64,000 nucleotides of DNA, from contig CP084167.1 of the NCBI GenBank assembly GCA_021513715.1, positions 658,117 through 722,116 of the forward strand, written 5' to 3'. The DNA comes from Candidatus Heimdallarchaeum endolithica (GTDB lineage Archaea; Asgardarchaeota; Heimdallarchaeia; Heimdallarchaeales; Heimdallarchaeaceae). The notes under the pieces were generated by a model that was given only the letters and a program-made list of their open reading frames with translations, was not told the DNA's origin and did not search any database. The first letter of the stretch is position 1, and each line of letters starts with the position of its first letter. The translations under genes and the position numbers were made by a program. Below are positions 8,204-18,603 of the stretch, piece by piece.

Positions 8204-10579
8204 TTATTCTATTTCTTCTTTTGTAACTTTGGGCATTTTCTTTGGCCACCAGTTCCATTTCTGAGCTAATGACATTATTGCTGGAACCAATATTGTTCTA
8301 ATAAAGAAAGTGTCAACTAATACTGAAATACACAAGATAAAACCTATTTGATTCAATATCATCTCTGAGCTAATTAACAACCCTGAGAAGGCTATTGCCA
8401 TTATTATTCCTGCAGCTGTAATTATTGTTCCTGTTTTTTCTACTCCTTTTATTATTGCTGATCTATCAGAATAACCTTTTTTCCTATATTCGCTTATCCT
8501 ACTTAGAAGGAATATATCATAATCAAGTCCTAAACCCAGAACTATTGAAAAGCTAATTATAGGAACAATCCAGTAAAGAGAGTTCACCCCATTTAATACA
8601 TTTGGGAATAACCAGTCTAACACATTTTGCTCAAAAACAAGAACTGCTAAACCAAAAATCCAACTTAAGGTTAAGCCTATTGTTATTAGCAATCTCAAGG
8701 GAATAAAGAGTGAACGAAACATAATTACTATTAGAACGTATACAATCAAAACTACTGTTAAGATCATATAAGGAAAAAGGCTTATTGTTGTTTCTAGGGA
8801 ATCAATCCAAAATATTGCTCCTCCGGCAAGAAAGATCTTATATCCAAACTCTTCTTCAAAATCCTCCATTAATTCTCTTGTGTGTTTCACCCAATCCAGA
8901 GCTTCTTTTCCTTGAGGGTCAAAAGGAGTAATGATTTCAAAGAGTGCAGAAGAATTGTCTGATGTAGCATAATTAATCCACATTTGTTTATAAAGAACAG
9001 AATCACCATCTGATACTGATGGATTCAAAAGCATAGAGGCATAAAACCAAGGAATTGCTTGACCATTCAACCAAGATATACCAGTAATAGATTCATTCGT
9101 CAACATCGTTTCTTGAGATAGATTTGCAATGATCTTCTGACTATTAGTAAAAAAATCTGGTGTTCTTACTCCATTAGTTTCATTAGTTTGAAAAATTAAA
9201 TAATAGGGAAGTAACTGACCAGCTTTAAAATCGTCCTCTAAAAGAGCATAAGCATCCCATGTTTGAGTATTTCTAGGTAAAAGATGTTTGTTCTCCAAAC
9301 TAAGATCCATTTTCATTACATTTATAGATATTGGAATAGCAATAACTAAAACTAGTAAAATTATTGCAATTGCATATTTTTGAGAAAACTTTGTAATAGT
9401 GACCCAATTTATTTTCTTTTTTATTTTTTTGATATTTTGTTTAATTCTCTTATTTTTTCCATTATTCTGCATTTTCTCGATTTTCTTTTCTATTTTCTTG
9501 ATATATTTTTCATTATAGAAGAATTTACCAAAAGTAAGCAATGCTGCAGGAGTAAAAGTCAGATTTGTAAACAAAGTAACAACCACAGTAACGCCAGCTG
9601 ATAATCCCAAAGAAGCAATAGCATTAACAGGAAAGAACATCAATCCTAGAAAACATACTGCAAGAGTTAAACCAGAAACAAGTATTGTATGACCGGAATG
9701 CTCATTCATTAATGAAACAGCAGTATAATTATCTTTACCCTTTTCTACTTCTTCTCTATATCTCGTAAGTAAAAACAAACTATAGTCAATAGATATTGCT
9801 ATGACTAAAGACATCACAATACTCGGAGCAAAGGAAAGAATAGTATATATGTATGTAAATCCGTAAAGAATAAGAAAAGTTGTAAAAATACTAATTGCAA
9901 TGCTAACTAAAGGAAGAATCATAAGTTTAAGTCTTCTAATAACCAACGCTAAAACAATTAGAGCTATAGGTAAAATAAATGAATCCATTCGTTTTAAATT
10001 ATCTATAATTGCAATACTAAAATCTCTGTCCATTACAGCTAATCCTGTAAGAAATATTGTGTATTCTTCATGATTCAAATTTATTTCAGAAACAGTCTCT
10101 TCTACATAATCAATAAGATCAGCTTCCACTTTCTTATCTTCTACTTCATAAATAACAATAATCAATGTTGAAGTTAAATTCTCTGAAACAAATGATTGTG
10201 CTATATCAGATTGATTAATAGCTTGTAGACCATAATAACTGTAAACACCCTTAATTATTTGACTATCCTCAAATTTATCCAATTTATCCATTAGAGCAAA
10301 AGTATAATTTTGAACCTCTGTATTGAGAATAGACCTATTACTCTCTGATTTAATAATAATAATCAAACTTGTACTATTCGCTCTTTCAGGGAATTCTTGC
10401 TCTAAAAACTGTTGAGCCTTATATCCATCAGTATATAGCGGAGGTTCAACCACATTTTCTGTCCTATCAAAAAAATTAAACCCAAATGTTATCCCCAAAA
10501 CAAGTATAATTATCCAAAATACTAGTATTGGTATTTTAAATTTCTTTATGTATTTGTTATATATATCAACAATCCCCAT
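8204..10579 (-). CDS. MMPL-family (RND superfamily) membrane transporter
   Basis: Two repeated halves each with a TM bundle and a large loop domain; motifs LLTRYREEV and LSRISEYRKKG. Start taken at ATG 10579 (MGIVDIYNKY) rather than track start 10675. Confidence 0.7.
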   Translation of the reverse strand: MGIVDIYNKYIKKFKIPILVFWIIILVLGITFGFNFFDRTENVVEPPLYTDGYKAQQFLEQEFPERANSTSLIIIIKSESNRSILNTEVQNYTFALMDKLDKFEDSQIIKGVYSYYGLQAINQSDIAQSFVSENLTSTLIIVIYEVEDKKVEADLIDYVEETVSEINLNHEEYTIFLTGLAVMDRDFSIAIIDNLKRMDSFILPIALIVLALVIRRLKLMILPLVSIAISIFTTFLILYGFTYIYTILSFAPSIVMSLVIAISIDYSLFLLTRYREEVEKGKDNYTAVSLMNEHSGHTILVSGLTLAVCFLGLMFFPVNAIASLGLSAGVTVVVTLFTNLTFTPAALLTFGKFFYNEKYIKKIEKKIEKMQNNGKNKRIKQNIKKIKKKINWVTITKFSQKYAIAIILLVLVIAIPISINVMKMDLSLENKHLLPRNTQTWDAYALLEDDFKAGQLLPYYLIFQTNETNGVRTPDFFTNSQKIIANLSQETMLTNESITGISWLNGQAIPWFYASMLLNPSVSDGDSVLYKQMWINYATSDNSSALFEIITPFDPQGKEALDWVKHTRELMEDFEEEFGYKIFLAGGAIFWIDSLETTISLFPYMILTVVLIVYVLIVIMFRSLFIPLRLLITIGLTLSWIFGLAVLVFEQNVLDWLFPNVLNGVNSLYWIVPIISFSIVLGLGLDYDIFLLSRISEYRKKGYSDRSAIIKGVEKTGTIITAAGIIMAIAFSGLLISSEMILNQIGFILCISVLVDTFFIRTILVPAIMSLAQKWNWWPKKMPKVTKEEIE

Positions 10580-10649
10580 TTCAACCACCCAAAATATGTT
10601 TATTGTATTGGCAATTTTTATTGTCGGCACTCTAAACATAACAACACCC

Positions 10650-10657
10650 TTATATAA
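10650..10657 (+). promoter_or_regulatory. Candidate archaeal TATA box for the TetR-like gene
   Basis: TTATATAA about 30 nt upstream of the ATG at 10687, inside the 107-bp divergent intergenic region. Confidence 0.3.
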
Positions 10658-10686
10658 ACATAACCTTAAAACCATTCAGAAGAGAA

Positions 10687-11376
10687 ATGAATAATGGTTT
10701 CAGGATGAGAAAAGATCAAAGAAAAGAGTTGATTAAGCGAGTAACGATACAAAAAATGATTGAAGTGGGTATAGAAAATGTAAGTATGAAATCAATAGCT
10801 GAAGAAGCAAAGATATCAGACACATTACTTTATCGCTATTATCCCAGTAAATATGTGATTTTGTATGACTTTTTTCTGCATGAATTTGATAGAATTGATG
10901 ATAGGATTGAAGAAATCTTTGAAACAATAAAAATAATGATTACTGATCTTTATCAATCAATACCAATTTTAGTTAAAATATTGAAAAAATTGCTAAAAGA
11001 ATTCAAGTATGGGTTATTATTATTGATAAATGAAGAAGAAAAATTGTTTACTTACTTAGAAGAAGGAAGAAAAATTTGGGAAGAGAAAGGAGAGAAAGTC
11101 CCCACTCTTTCTGTAGAATACTTTCTAAATAAACAAGCAGTAGAAGTTATTGCAGAGTATTTTTCCAGATGTAAAAAAGACGGATTCTTCAAAGAATCAA
11201 TAGACCCAAAAGTTGCTTCAATGATGCTTATTACAATAATCTGGCAAACAATAATAAAAAGACCATACAAGTTCTTAGAACCAGAGATGACTGAAGAAGA
11301 ATACGACAAATTGCTTGATGGACAAATAGATATAATAATCAAGGCTTTGACTCCAAAGTCTAAAAGTGAAAAATAG
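10687..11376 (+). CDS. TetR-family transcriptional regulator
   Basis: N-terminal HTH (MSMKSIAEEAKISDTLLYRYYPSKYVIL); divergent from the MMPL transporter, the classic regulator/efflux arrangement. Confidence 0.7.
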   Translation: MNNGFRMRKDQRKELIKRVTIQKMIEVGIENVSMKSIAEEAKISDTLLYRYYPSKYVILYDFFLHEFDRIDDRIEEIFETIKIMITDLYQSIPILVKILKKLLKEFKYGLLLLINEEEKLFTYLEEGRKIWEEKGEKVPTLSVEYFLNKQAVEVIAEYFSRCKKDGFFKESIDPKVASMMLITIIWQTIIKRPYKFLEPEMTEEEYDKLLDGQIDIIIKALTPKSKSEK

Positions 11377-11420
11377 AATTAAAACTTAAGAAATAAAAAA
11401 GAAGTAGATCCATTATTAAG

Positions 11421-11837
11421 TTAATCTCTGATAAGTTCAATGAAATCGTTGGCAAATTTTTCTACTTTTTTCCAATCTCTGAAGTCAACAATATTGTTTT
11501 TCAAATCTGGTTCATAAACCCATTTTTCTGGAAATACAGGTTGAACATCATACATGCTGTAAAAGAGAATAGTAGGTCTAGTTTCATCTTGAATTATTTC
11601 CCCATAAACTATTGGATGACCAAATTCTCCTTTTGTTAAATCAACCAAATGAACGTTTTCTCCTCCTAAATGGACAATTTTTTTCATTAACATTTCCGTC
11701 ATTTTTTCTATTCCGTTTCCATCAGCGGATACGGAAGGTTGGCGGATAAATCGTCTAATTTCTTCAATATGTTTTGTTTCAAAATCTTCCCTTATTTTTG
11801 AGTAAATTTTCTCAATATTCAATTTAATCACAAACAA
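11421..11837 (-). pseudogene. Truncated M20-peptidase N-terminal fragment fused to a flavodoxin-type C-terminal tail
   Basis: N-terminal IRQPSVSADGNG...YSMYDVQPV resembles an M20/ArgE/DapE N-terminus, but the ORF is only 138 aa; last 20 aa (VDFRDWKKVEKFANDFIELIRD) match the flavodoxin C-terminus at 5460-5520. Confidence 0.45.
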
Positions 11838-12160
11838 GTCATATTGTTTATATAAATAGCTTTTAAGACTCTTTGCTAAAAGTACAACTATTTTATTCTA
11901 CTGTATTGGAGAAAAAGCTATCTTTGACTAAAAAAAACATATTTGTAAATTGAAATATGTGAGGTTATTGGCTTTTTTCTCTTATCTCCGTTCTTTATAC
12001 CAATATTATTAATATTTTCAATTATCTCAAAATTCGAAATATTAACACAGAAAACTTTTGCATAAGCTTTTTCATCGATTTGCTAAAATCAAAGATTTAT
12101 TTGTTGAAATATTATTTAAAAAAATAAAAAGAGAAAATAAAGGAATAAAAAAATAATATT

Positions 12161-13915
12161 TTAAGAATTATAAAGTATTAGGAAACGCTCCATGTAGTAA
12201 AGAAAAATTTGATTGAAATGTCCTGGAAAATAGATATCTGCAGCATGGCTTCCATATGGGAAAGTTAACAACGCACAATCTTTTCTTCCGTAATTTAAGT
12301 AAGTTTCTTTTATCAATTCTGATTCTTCTATTAACCTATCTTTCTCACCTTGAAAGATCAAACATGGAGGAGAATTTTGGTTAATTAATAAACTTGGGTT
12401 GACCCACTCTTCTTTACTTCTTGTTGCAAATTCATACTGAACATTATTTGCTGGATAATAAGGGATTAACCCTTTTATTGTTAGTTTATCTGAAAAAATA
12501 TTTGTATAATTTTCTGAAACTATAGATAACGCTGTTGCACAAGCGAGTTGACCTCCCGCTGATCCTCCTGAAATAAAAACAGAAGATAAGTTAGCTCCAT
12601 ATTTAGCAGCATTCTTTTCTAAATATAAAGTGAAATTTCCTATATGTCTCAACATATCATCGATTATAAAATCTCCATAGACATATTCGGGTCCTGATTG
12701 AAGAGAACCAAAGACTTGTGTATTATTATTTAAGCCATACTGGATATCAAAAACGATGTAGCCCTGAGCGGCTAGATATCTATTCATCATTTGAACATTC
12801 ATCATTCCTTTATCTCCAATAACCCATCCTCCACCATGGATTCTGATAATTGTAGCGTTTCTTCCTGGTAAATCATTTGTAGGTTTTTTTGGTAAATAAG
12901 CATCGAAGTAAAGTTTAATGTTTTTATCAACCAAATAATTACTTTCACTCCCATCAAAGAAAAGAACGTTAGATATTGTTTCGCATTCCGGATTACCAGT
13001 TCCTAGAAAATAACCAGTTAGCTGAAAAGGTGTTTCTAATAGATAATCTTCATAACCTGAATCTTCTATGATTTTTCTCCAATCACCGTCGAAATAAGAA
13101 TTGAACGCGTTACTAAATTCTTTGTCTGTAGAACTAATCGTAGAGGGAATATAGCCCATAGGAATAAAAGATATGGAACTAAATGCCAATCCTAAAACAA
13201 TAATAGTTGTAGCAGTGAATTTCATTTCGCTTATTTTTTTCTTTATTGTGTAAAGAAGGAAGAAAGTAGAATTGTAGATAACTATCCCCAGTATTAAAGC
13301 TCCTGGAATAAAAAAAACGTTCATGAAGAAAAAGAGCGTGTTTTGAATTCTTGGAGCAAAGAAGATTATTATAGCAAATAAACCCATAATCATACCAAAT
13401 AAAGCTTCTATTGTCAAGAGTATTTTCAAAAATTTGTAAAGGATCTTCTTTTTATTTGCTCTTACATCAACTTTGTTTCTGTTTTCCTCTTTCTTTTTTG
13501 AATCTAAAAAGAAAAACAGCAATATCACTAAGGGAATAAAAAAGAGGAGAATAAAGGTTAATAGAATGACTGAACTAAATAAAGCATTAACTACTTTATC
13601 GGGAGTGTAGCCTACAAAATTAATGAAAAAGAGAACAAGAACACTCAGATTTGTATATAGATAAAATATATAAGTTAATATCCTCACCCTTTTGAGCTCA
13701 GTTCCTTCTTTTTCTCTCACTTTGCCTATTAATGCAAAAAACAAACTGTTCAAGAAAATTGTGAGAATAATCAGTAAACCATTAATGTTCCAAACAAACA
13801 AATTTGAGGGAAAAATGAAATAAATTGTTCCTGTAATAATGTTAAGAAGATTTAAAGCAAATAAAACCGAACAAATATAGAAACTCAATGATTTCATAAA
13901 AAAATAAAATTTCAA
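12161..13915 (-). CDS. Membrane-anchored alpha/beta-hydrolase (hormone-sensitive-lipase-type esterase)
   Basis: N-terminal multi-TM region followed by HGGGW oxyanion-hole motif and GGSAGG nucleophile elbow. Confidence 0.7.
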   Translation of the reverse strand: MKFYFFMKSLSFYICSVLFALNLLNIITGTIYFIFPSNLFVWNINGLLIILTIFLNSLFFALIGKVREKEGTELKRVRILTYIFYLYTNLSVLVLFFINFVGYTPDKVVNALFSSVILLTFILLFFIPLVILLFFFLDSKKKEENRNKVDVRANKKKILYKFLKILLTIEALFGMIMGLFAIIIFFAPRIQNTLFFFMNVFFIPGALILGIVIYNSTFFLLYTIKKKISEMKFTATTIIVLGLAFSSISFIPMGYIPSTISSTDKEFSNAFNSYFDGDWRKIIEDSGYEDYLLETPFQLTGYFLGTGNPECETISNVLFFDGSESNYLVDKNIKLYFDAYLPKKPTNDLPGRNATIIRIHGGGWVIGDKGMMNVQMMNRYLAAQGYIVFDIQYGLNNNTQVFGSLQSGPEYVYGDFIIDDMLRHIGNFTLYLEKNAAKYGANLSSVFISGGSAGGQLACATALSIVSENYTNIFSDKLTIKGLIPYYPANNVQYEFATRSKEEWVNPSLLINQNSPPCLIFQGEKDRLIEESELIKETYLNYGRKDCALLTFPYGSHAADIYFPGHFNQIFLYYMERFLILYNS

Positions 13916-14121
13916 TCTATTTATTTATTTTTTGTGTGGAAAATAACAAAAACATTTATTTTCAAATAAATAAATTTGAAGGAAAATATCTGATTATTGG
14001 AAAATATTTATCAAACTTACAAAGCCAAAAATCATAAAAAAACATATTCAAATTCTCATAAATAATATTACACTATTTTTTATTTATGAATATTTAAATA
14101 TGTAAATAGCCGCAAATTTTT

Positions 14122-14466
14122 ATGGAAATCGGATATATTTACCTAATAATATTTGTTGTTTTCCTTGTTTTAGGGGTATTAACACATTTTGGTTATTTGA
14201 ACATAATAATTGAACGTTATTCTGCTTTTCAACATCTTATTAGAAAGAAGAACTTTAAAGTTGATAAAAAGAAGGTATCAAAGTACTATGAGACTCATTT
14301 CTATTTCTTTAGTGTTTTATTCCTTATTTCTGGCATAATAGCCCTAGTTAATTTCACCAATGCTACTCAAGTAGCTTTTTGGATAGTTATTGGTACAATT
14401 ATAATTGGTGTTTTGGCTTTTCTTTTCCTAAACATTTTGAAGAGATTTTTAATTTTTAAAGAATAA
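14122..14466 (+). CDS. Small hypothetical membrane protein
   Basis: 114-aa ORF with three hydrophobic segments; no recognisable motif. Confidence 0.35.
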   Translation: MEIGYIYLIIFVVFLVLGVLTHFGYLNIIIERYSAFQHLIRKKNFKVDKKKVSKYYETHFYFFSVLFLISGIIALVNFTNATQVAFWIVIGTIIIGVLAFLFLNILKRFLIFKE

Positions 14467-14526
14467 ACCTGTAATCTACCAATTATATTTTTTTTCCTAA
14501 AGACTATGTTGCAAACTTATTAGAAA

Positions 14527-14575
14527 TTTTTTCTACTTTTTTTCAATCTCTTAAGTCAATTATTTTGTTTTAATA
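14527..14575 (-). pseudogene. Orphan remnant of the flavodoxin-type C-terminal module
   Basis: Minus-strand KIIDLRD*KKVEK; nucleotide similarity to 5487-5540 and 11449-11500, with TGA where the other copies have TGG (Trp). Confidence 0.4.
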
Positions 14576-14786
14576 TTTTAATATTGTTTAGAAACTATTT
14601 CTGCAATTTCTTATTCCACCATCAACTTAAATCTTTATGAATACCGATTTGCTGGATAATAAGAAAATGGACAAAAGTAAAAAGAAGAAAACATTTTGAA
14701 GATTAAAAAGTAAACTAAGGAAACAGGAATGTTACCAAATTTTTATAACCAAAAAACGAATAGATGGAGTAAATTTCTAATTTTCA

Positions 14787-15161
14787 TTATTCTAAGTATG
14801 GAATCACACAAAGAAAAACAACTTTCTCGCTTCCAATATTTTTATACCCATGAGGTTCATTAGGTGGAACGTACAACACATCATTAGCTTTAACTTCTAT
14901 CTCTTCTTCTTCATTAAAGACCACACAAGTGCCTTGAAGAAAGTAGATTTCGTGTTCTTGAGGATGATGGTGTAAACCTATTTGTCCTTTTGATTCAATT
15001 TCGAACCTTCGCATGGCAAATCTTGGAGCTCCATCTTCTTTACTAATCAACCATCTAATTGTTGTACCAGTTGACCCATAATCATCAACATTCTTTTTTT
15101 CAACTTCTTCAAAATATTTCTTAATCATTTTATTCACAGTTACAATCAAGAATTCAACCAT
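14787..15161 (-). CDS. Cupin-domain protein
   Basis: GLHHHPQEHEIYFLQG ... YVPPNEPHGYKN cupin motifs. Confidence 0.65.
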   Translation of the reverse strand: MVEFLIVTVNKMIKKYFEEVEKKNVDDYGSTGTTIRWLISKEDGAPRFAMRRFEIESKGQIGLHHHPQEHEIYFLQGTCVVFNEEEEIEVKANDVLYVPPNEPHGYKNIGSEKVVFLCVIPYLE

Positions 15162-15386
15162 TTTTTAATTTTTCTCAAATTAATACTGTTTCAATTAATT
15201 TCAATATTCAAATAAAAAAGTAGGTCTGAAGATTGTTTATATCAAATAACTTTTTGGAATGTTGTTAAGCAATTCATTTTATAATTGAATGATATAAGCT
15301 TTATCACATAATTTTTATCAAAAAAATCACACATTAATAATTTTAAAATAGAAAAACCTTAAATTTACTTCGTTTATACATAATTT

Positions 15387-16172
15387 ATGGGAAAAGCTGA
15401 AAAAGATTATATTGATCAACTAGATGCCCAGTACAAACGTCAATCTGTATGGACAAAAGATTATAGAAATAGGATCTATCGTCAGATTGGGATTAAAGGA
15501 GCTAGAAGAGTACTTGAAGTTGGTTGTGGAACAGGAACAATAACCAAAGAAATACGTGAAAAAACTTCTGCCCAAATAACTGCAATAGATAGAGATCATT
15601 TAGTTATTGCCACTGCACAAGAAAATATTACAGATGTAGAATTTTATCGTATGAGCGTTGAAAAGATGTCTTTTCGAGACGAAACTTTTAATATTGTTTT
15701 GTGCAACTATTTCTTTATGTGGCTTGATAAACCTTTCAAGTCTCTTATGGAAATGGTTAGGGTTTGTAAAACAGGGGGATACATAGTCGCTCTTGCAGAA
15801 CCTGATTATGGAGGGTGGATAGAACACCCTGATTTTGGTTTAGGAAAGCAACACATTGAAGGAATTAAAAAACAAGGTGCGGACCCTTTTGTGGGAAGAA
15901 AAATTCTTTCTCTGTTTGAATCTGCAGGATTAGAAACAAATATCTCTGTTGTGGCAAATGTGTGGGAAAAGGAAAGGTTATTAGAACAAATCAAGAATGA
16001 GTGGAAACTTGTTTTAGAAACAGAACAGATAACTGATGAAGAGTACCAAGAGATAATGAAAAAAGAAGTAAAAACGATAGAAGAGAACATGAGAATGATT
16101 TTCTTACCTATATTTTCTGCGGTAGGCAAAAAAGTAAGATGTGTACAAGAACCAAAAACCACTTCTTCATAA
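15387..16172 (+). CDS. Class I SAM-dependent methyltransferase
   Basis: VLEVGCGTGT motif I. Confidence 0.7.
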   Translation: MGKAEKDYIDQLDAQYKRQSVWTKDYRNRIYRQIGIKGARRVLEVGCGTGTITKEIREKTSAQITAIDRDHLVIATAQENITDVEFYRMSVEKMSFRDETFNIVLCNYFFMWLDKPFKSLMEMVRVCKTGGYIVALAEPDYGGWIEHPDFGLGKQHIEGIKKQGADPFVGRKILSLFESAGLETNISVVANVWEKERLLEQIKNEWKLVLETEQITDEEYQEIMKKEVKTIEENMRMIFLPIFSAVGKKVRCVQEPKTTSS

Positions 16173-16251
16173 ATTCTTTTTTTTTCAAATCATATTTAAC
16201 TACAACTTGATTACAAAGGATTTTTTAATAATAAATATAATTAGAAGTTAA

Positions 16252-16941
16252 ATGGATAATATTTCACTATTCTTCTTAATTTTATTTGCTGTAGTGTCGA
16301 TTTTGCATATTATCGGAGAGTTTACAATTGATCTAAAGAACAAACGAAATACTATTTTGAACTCAATTACCAAACTTCTTATTATCCCATCGTTATTAGT
16401 TTTTTACATCATTTCAGTAATTTCAATATATCCCTTTATAGTCTCTGCTTTAGTTTCAGGGTTCTTGGGAGATTTATTTTTACTTTTACAAAGAATATAT
16501 AGAAAAGAACGATTCTTCTATTTAGGACTAGGTTCTTTTGGTCTTGGACATATTTTCTACACTTCTAACTTCATTATTTTATCTTCTTTCCACGATTTTA
16601 GATGCTATTCTATTTTTCTTACATTTCCATTTCTTTTAGCAGGAATAACAATAGCTAAAATTCTATTATCACATATTGAAAAGAAAAAAGAGAAGATTTC
16701 AGTAGTTATTTACATTTTACTAACAGTTATTCTAGGAATTGGTTCTTCCTTACTTTTGGCTTCAAGTTATCTAACAGGTGAGTTACTAATCTATATTGGA
16801 ACTATATTTTTTGCTATTTCAGATGGAATGAATGGATATTGCAGATTTGTTAAACAGATAAAATACAAAGAAACTATAATTATGAGCACTTATATTGTAG
16901 CTCAATTTTTAATTATTTATAATATTATAAAAATTGTTTGA
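16252..16941 (+). CDS. Hypothetical polytopic membrane protein
   Basis: 229 aa, about 7 hydrophobic helices; no confident family assignment. Confidence 0.4.
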   Translation: MDNISLFFLILFAVVSILHIIGEFTIDLKNKRNTILNSITKLLIIPSLLVFYIISVISIYPFIVSALVSGFLGDLFLLLQRIYRKERFFYLGLGSFGLGHIFYTSNFIILSSFHDFRCYSIFLTFPFLLAGITIAKILLSHIEKKKEKISVVIYILLTVILGIGSSLLLASSYLTGELLIYIGTIFFAISDGMNGYCRFVKQIKYKETIIMSTYIVAQFLIIYNIIKIV

Positions 16942-17432
16942 CAAAAATGAATATCTCTATTTAAAAATAATTATTATAATATTTACTACAAAAAATTGAA
17001 TTTAGGAATGAGTTAGAGAAAAGAAAGTATATTCGACTGGAAAAGAAAAAGGATCAAAATATTTTATAATAATAAGGAGTTTTTTCACTTTCTTTTTCTG
17101 ATTAACATTTCTGGTTCTCACAATTATCTATCTTGTGATTGTGAAAAACTTGAAAAATTCTATTCATAAAAACCTTTAGTAATAGAAACATAATGTACAA
17201 AAAGTTTATTGAAAATTCTTACAATAATATCAGTCTTTCTTTCGATATAGTCTACTTTATTTTCTTCACCTAATTTTTTGTTTACTTTCAAAAATAAAAA
17301 AATAGAAAAAAATAATTTTAAGTTATTAGAAAAAAAGTAATTGTTTCTTTGACTTATTACTTTTAATTAACCCTATCTTATTTTAATAATAACTTTATAT
17401 ATTAAAATCTTCTACCTACTAGAAATCACAAG

Positions 17433-18587
17433 GTGAAAAAGGTGTCAACCAAAAGTAATGAAAATCAAGTTGTATCCACTCAAACCAGTGAGAATACAAA
17501 CATTTTGCGTTTACCAGCAGAAAAGAAGTACGAAAAAGAGTTAGAGTTTCTTCATTCTATTGATAAAGGCAAGAAGCCAACAAATTGGTACCTTTCTCCT
17601 CAGATGTTACGAACTTTTATTTTGGGTTCAAATGAACACAATATGAAAATAGAAAAAAAGTTTTACGGCGATCAGAGTTTAGTAGAAAGAGCAATAGTTA
17701 CATTAGCGAGTGATAGGGGATTATTACTTATAGGTGATCCTGGTACAGGAAAATCTTGGTTAGCAGAACTTCTTGCAGCAGGAATAAGTAGAAATTCTAC
17801 TCTTGTTGTACAAGGGACTGCTGCTACTACAGAAGACCAAATAAAATACTCATGGAATATCGCTTCAGTAATAGCTTCTGGCCAATCTCTTGAAACTCTT
17901 ATTCCATCTCCAATAATGCAAGCTATGGAAAAAGGATGTATTGGACGTTTTGAGGAACTTACTCGTTGTACTTCAGATGTACAGGATTCTCTTATTTCTA
18001 TTCTTTCAGAAAAATATATTTCTATTCCTGAACTTTCTGAGCAAATTGTCCATGCAAAAGAAGGGTTCAATGTTATTGCAACTGCTAACAGTAGAGATAA
18101 AGGAGTAAATGATCTTTCCTCTGCATTAAAACGGAGATTCAATTTTGTAACAATACCGATAGTAACGGATACAAAAACTGAGAAAAACATAATCAACTTC
18201 CGAATCAAGGATCTAATGGAAAAGAAAGGTCTAAGTACATCAGTTCCACAACCACTAATTGATATTTTATTAGAAACTTTCAACGCTCTTCGAGATACAA
18301 ATAAATCAAAAAAGAATGAAAATGAAAGACTTGAATCTTCTCTCTCAACAGCAGAACAAATAGGTATCTTAGAAGATGCGCTCTTACAATCGATATTTTT
18401 CACGGAGTACACTCAAGAGCAAGCACTAGCTCGTTCAATAATTGGAGGTTTAACTAGACGTTTGCCTGAAGATCTTACGCTCATGAACAAGTTTTGGCAT
18501 TCTGTTGTCAAAGAAAAAAGTCAAAAGTCTGAAAACTGGAAAAAGTATTTCTCTGAAGGAAAGAAAACAATAAAGACTTTTACATGA
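17433..18587 (+). CDS. MoxR/AAA_5-like AAA+ ATPase (operon gene 1)
   Basis: Walker A GDPGTGKS, Walker B-like IGRFEEL, sensor ATANS, RRF arginine; GTG start. Confidence 0.7.
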   Translation: MKKVSTKSNENQVVSTQTSENTNILRLPAEKKYEKELEFLHSIDKGKKPTNWYLSPQMLRTFILGSNEHNMKIEKKFYGDQSLVERAIVTLASDRGLLLIGDPGTGKSWLAELLAAGISRNSTLVVQGTAATTEDQIKYSWNIASVIASGQSLETLIPSPIMQAMEKGCIGRFEELTRCTSDVQDSLISILSEKYISIPELSEQIVHAKEGFNVIATANSRDKGVNDLSSALKRRFNFVTIPIVTDTKTEKNIINFRIKDLMEKKGLSTSVPQPLIDILLETFNALRDTNKSKKNENERLESSLSTAEQIGILEDALLQSIFFTEYTQEQALARSIIGGLTRRLPEDLTLMNKFWHSVVKEKSQKSENWKKYFSEGKKTIKTFT

Positions 18588-18603
18588 ACAGAGGTAGGTA
18601 TTA

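Noticed and set aside
17672-18412. 246-aa minus-strand ORF
   Set aside because: Antisense to the AAA+ ATPase gene; no motifs; the AAA+ frame has Walker A/B and sensor motifs.
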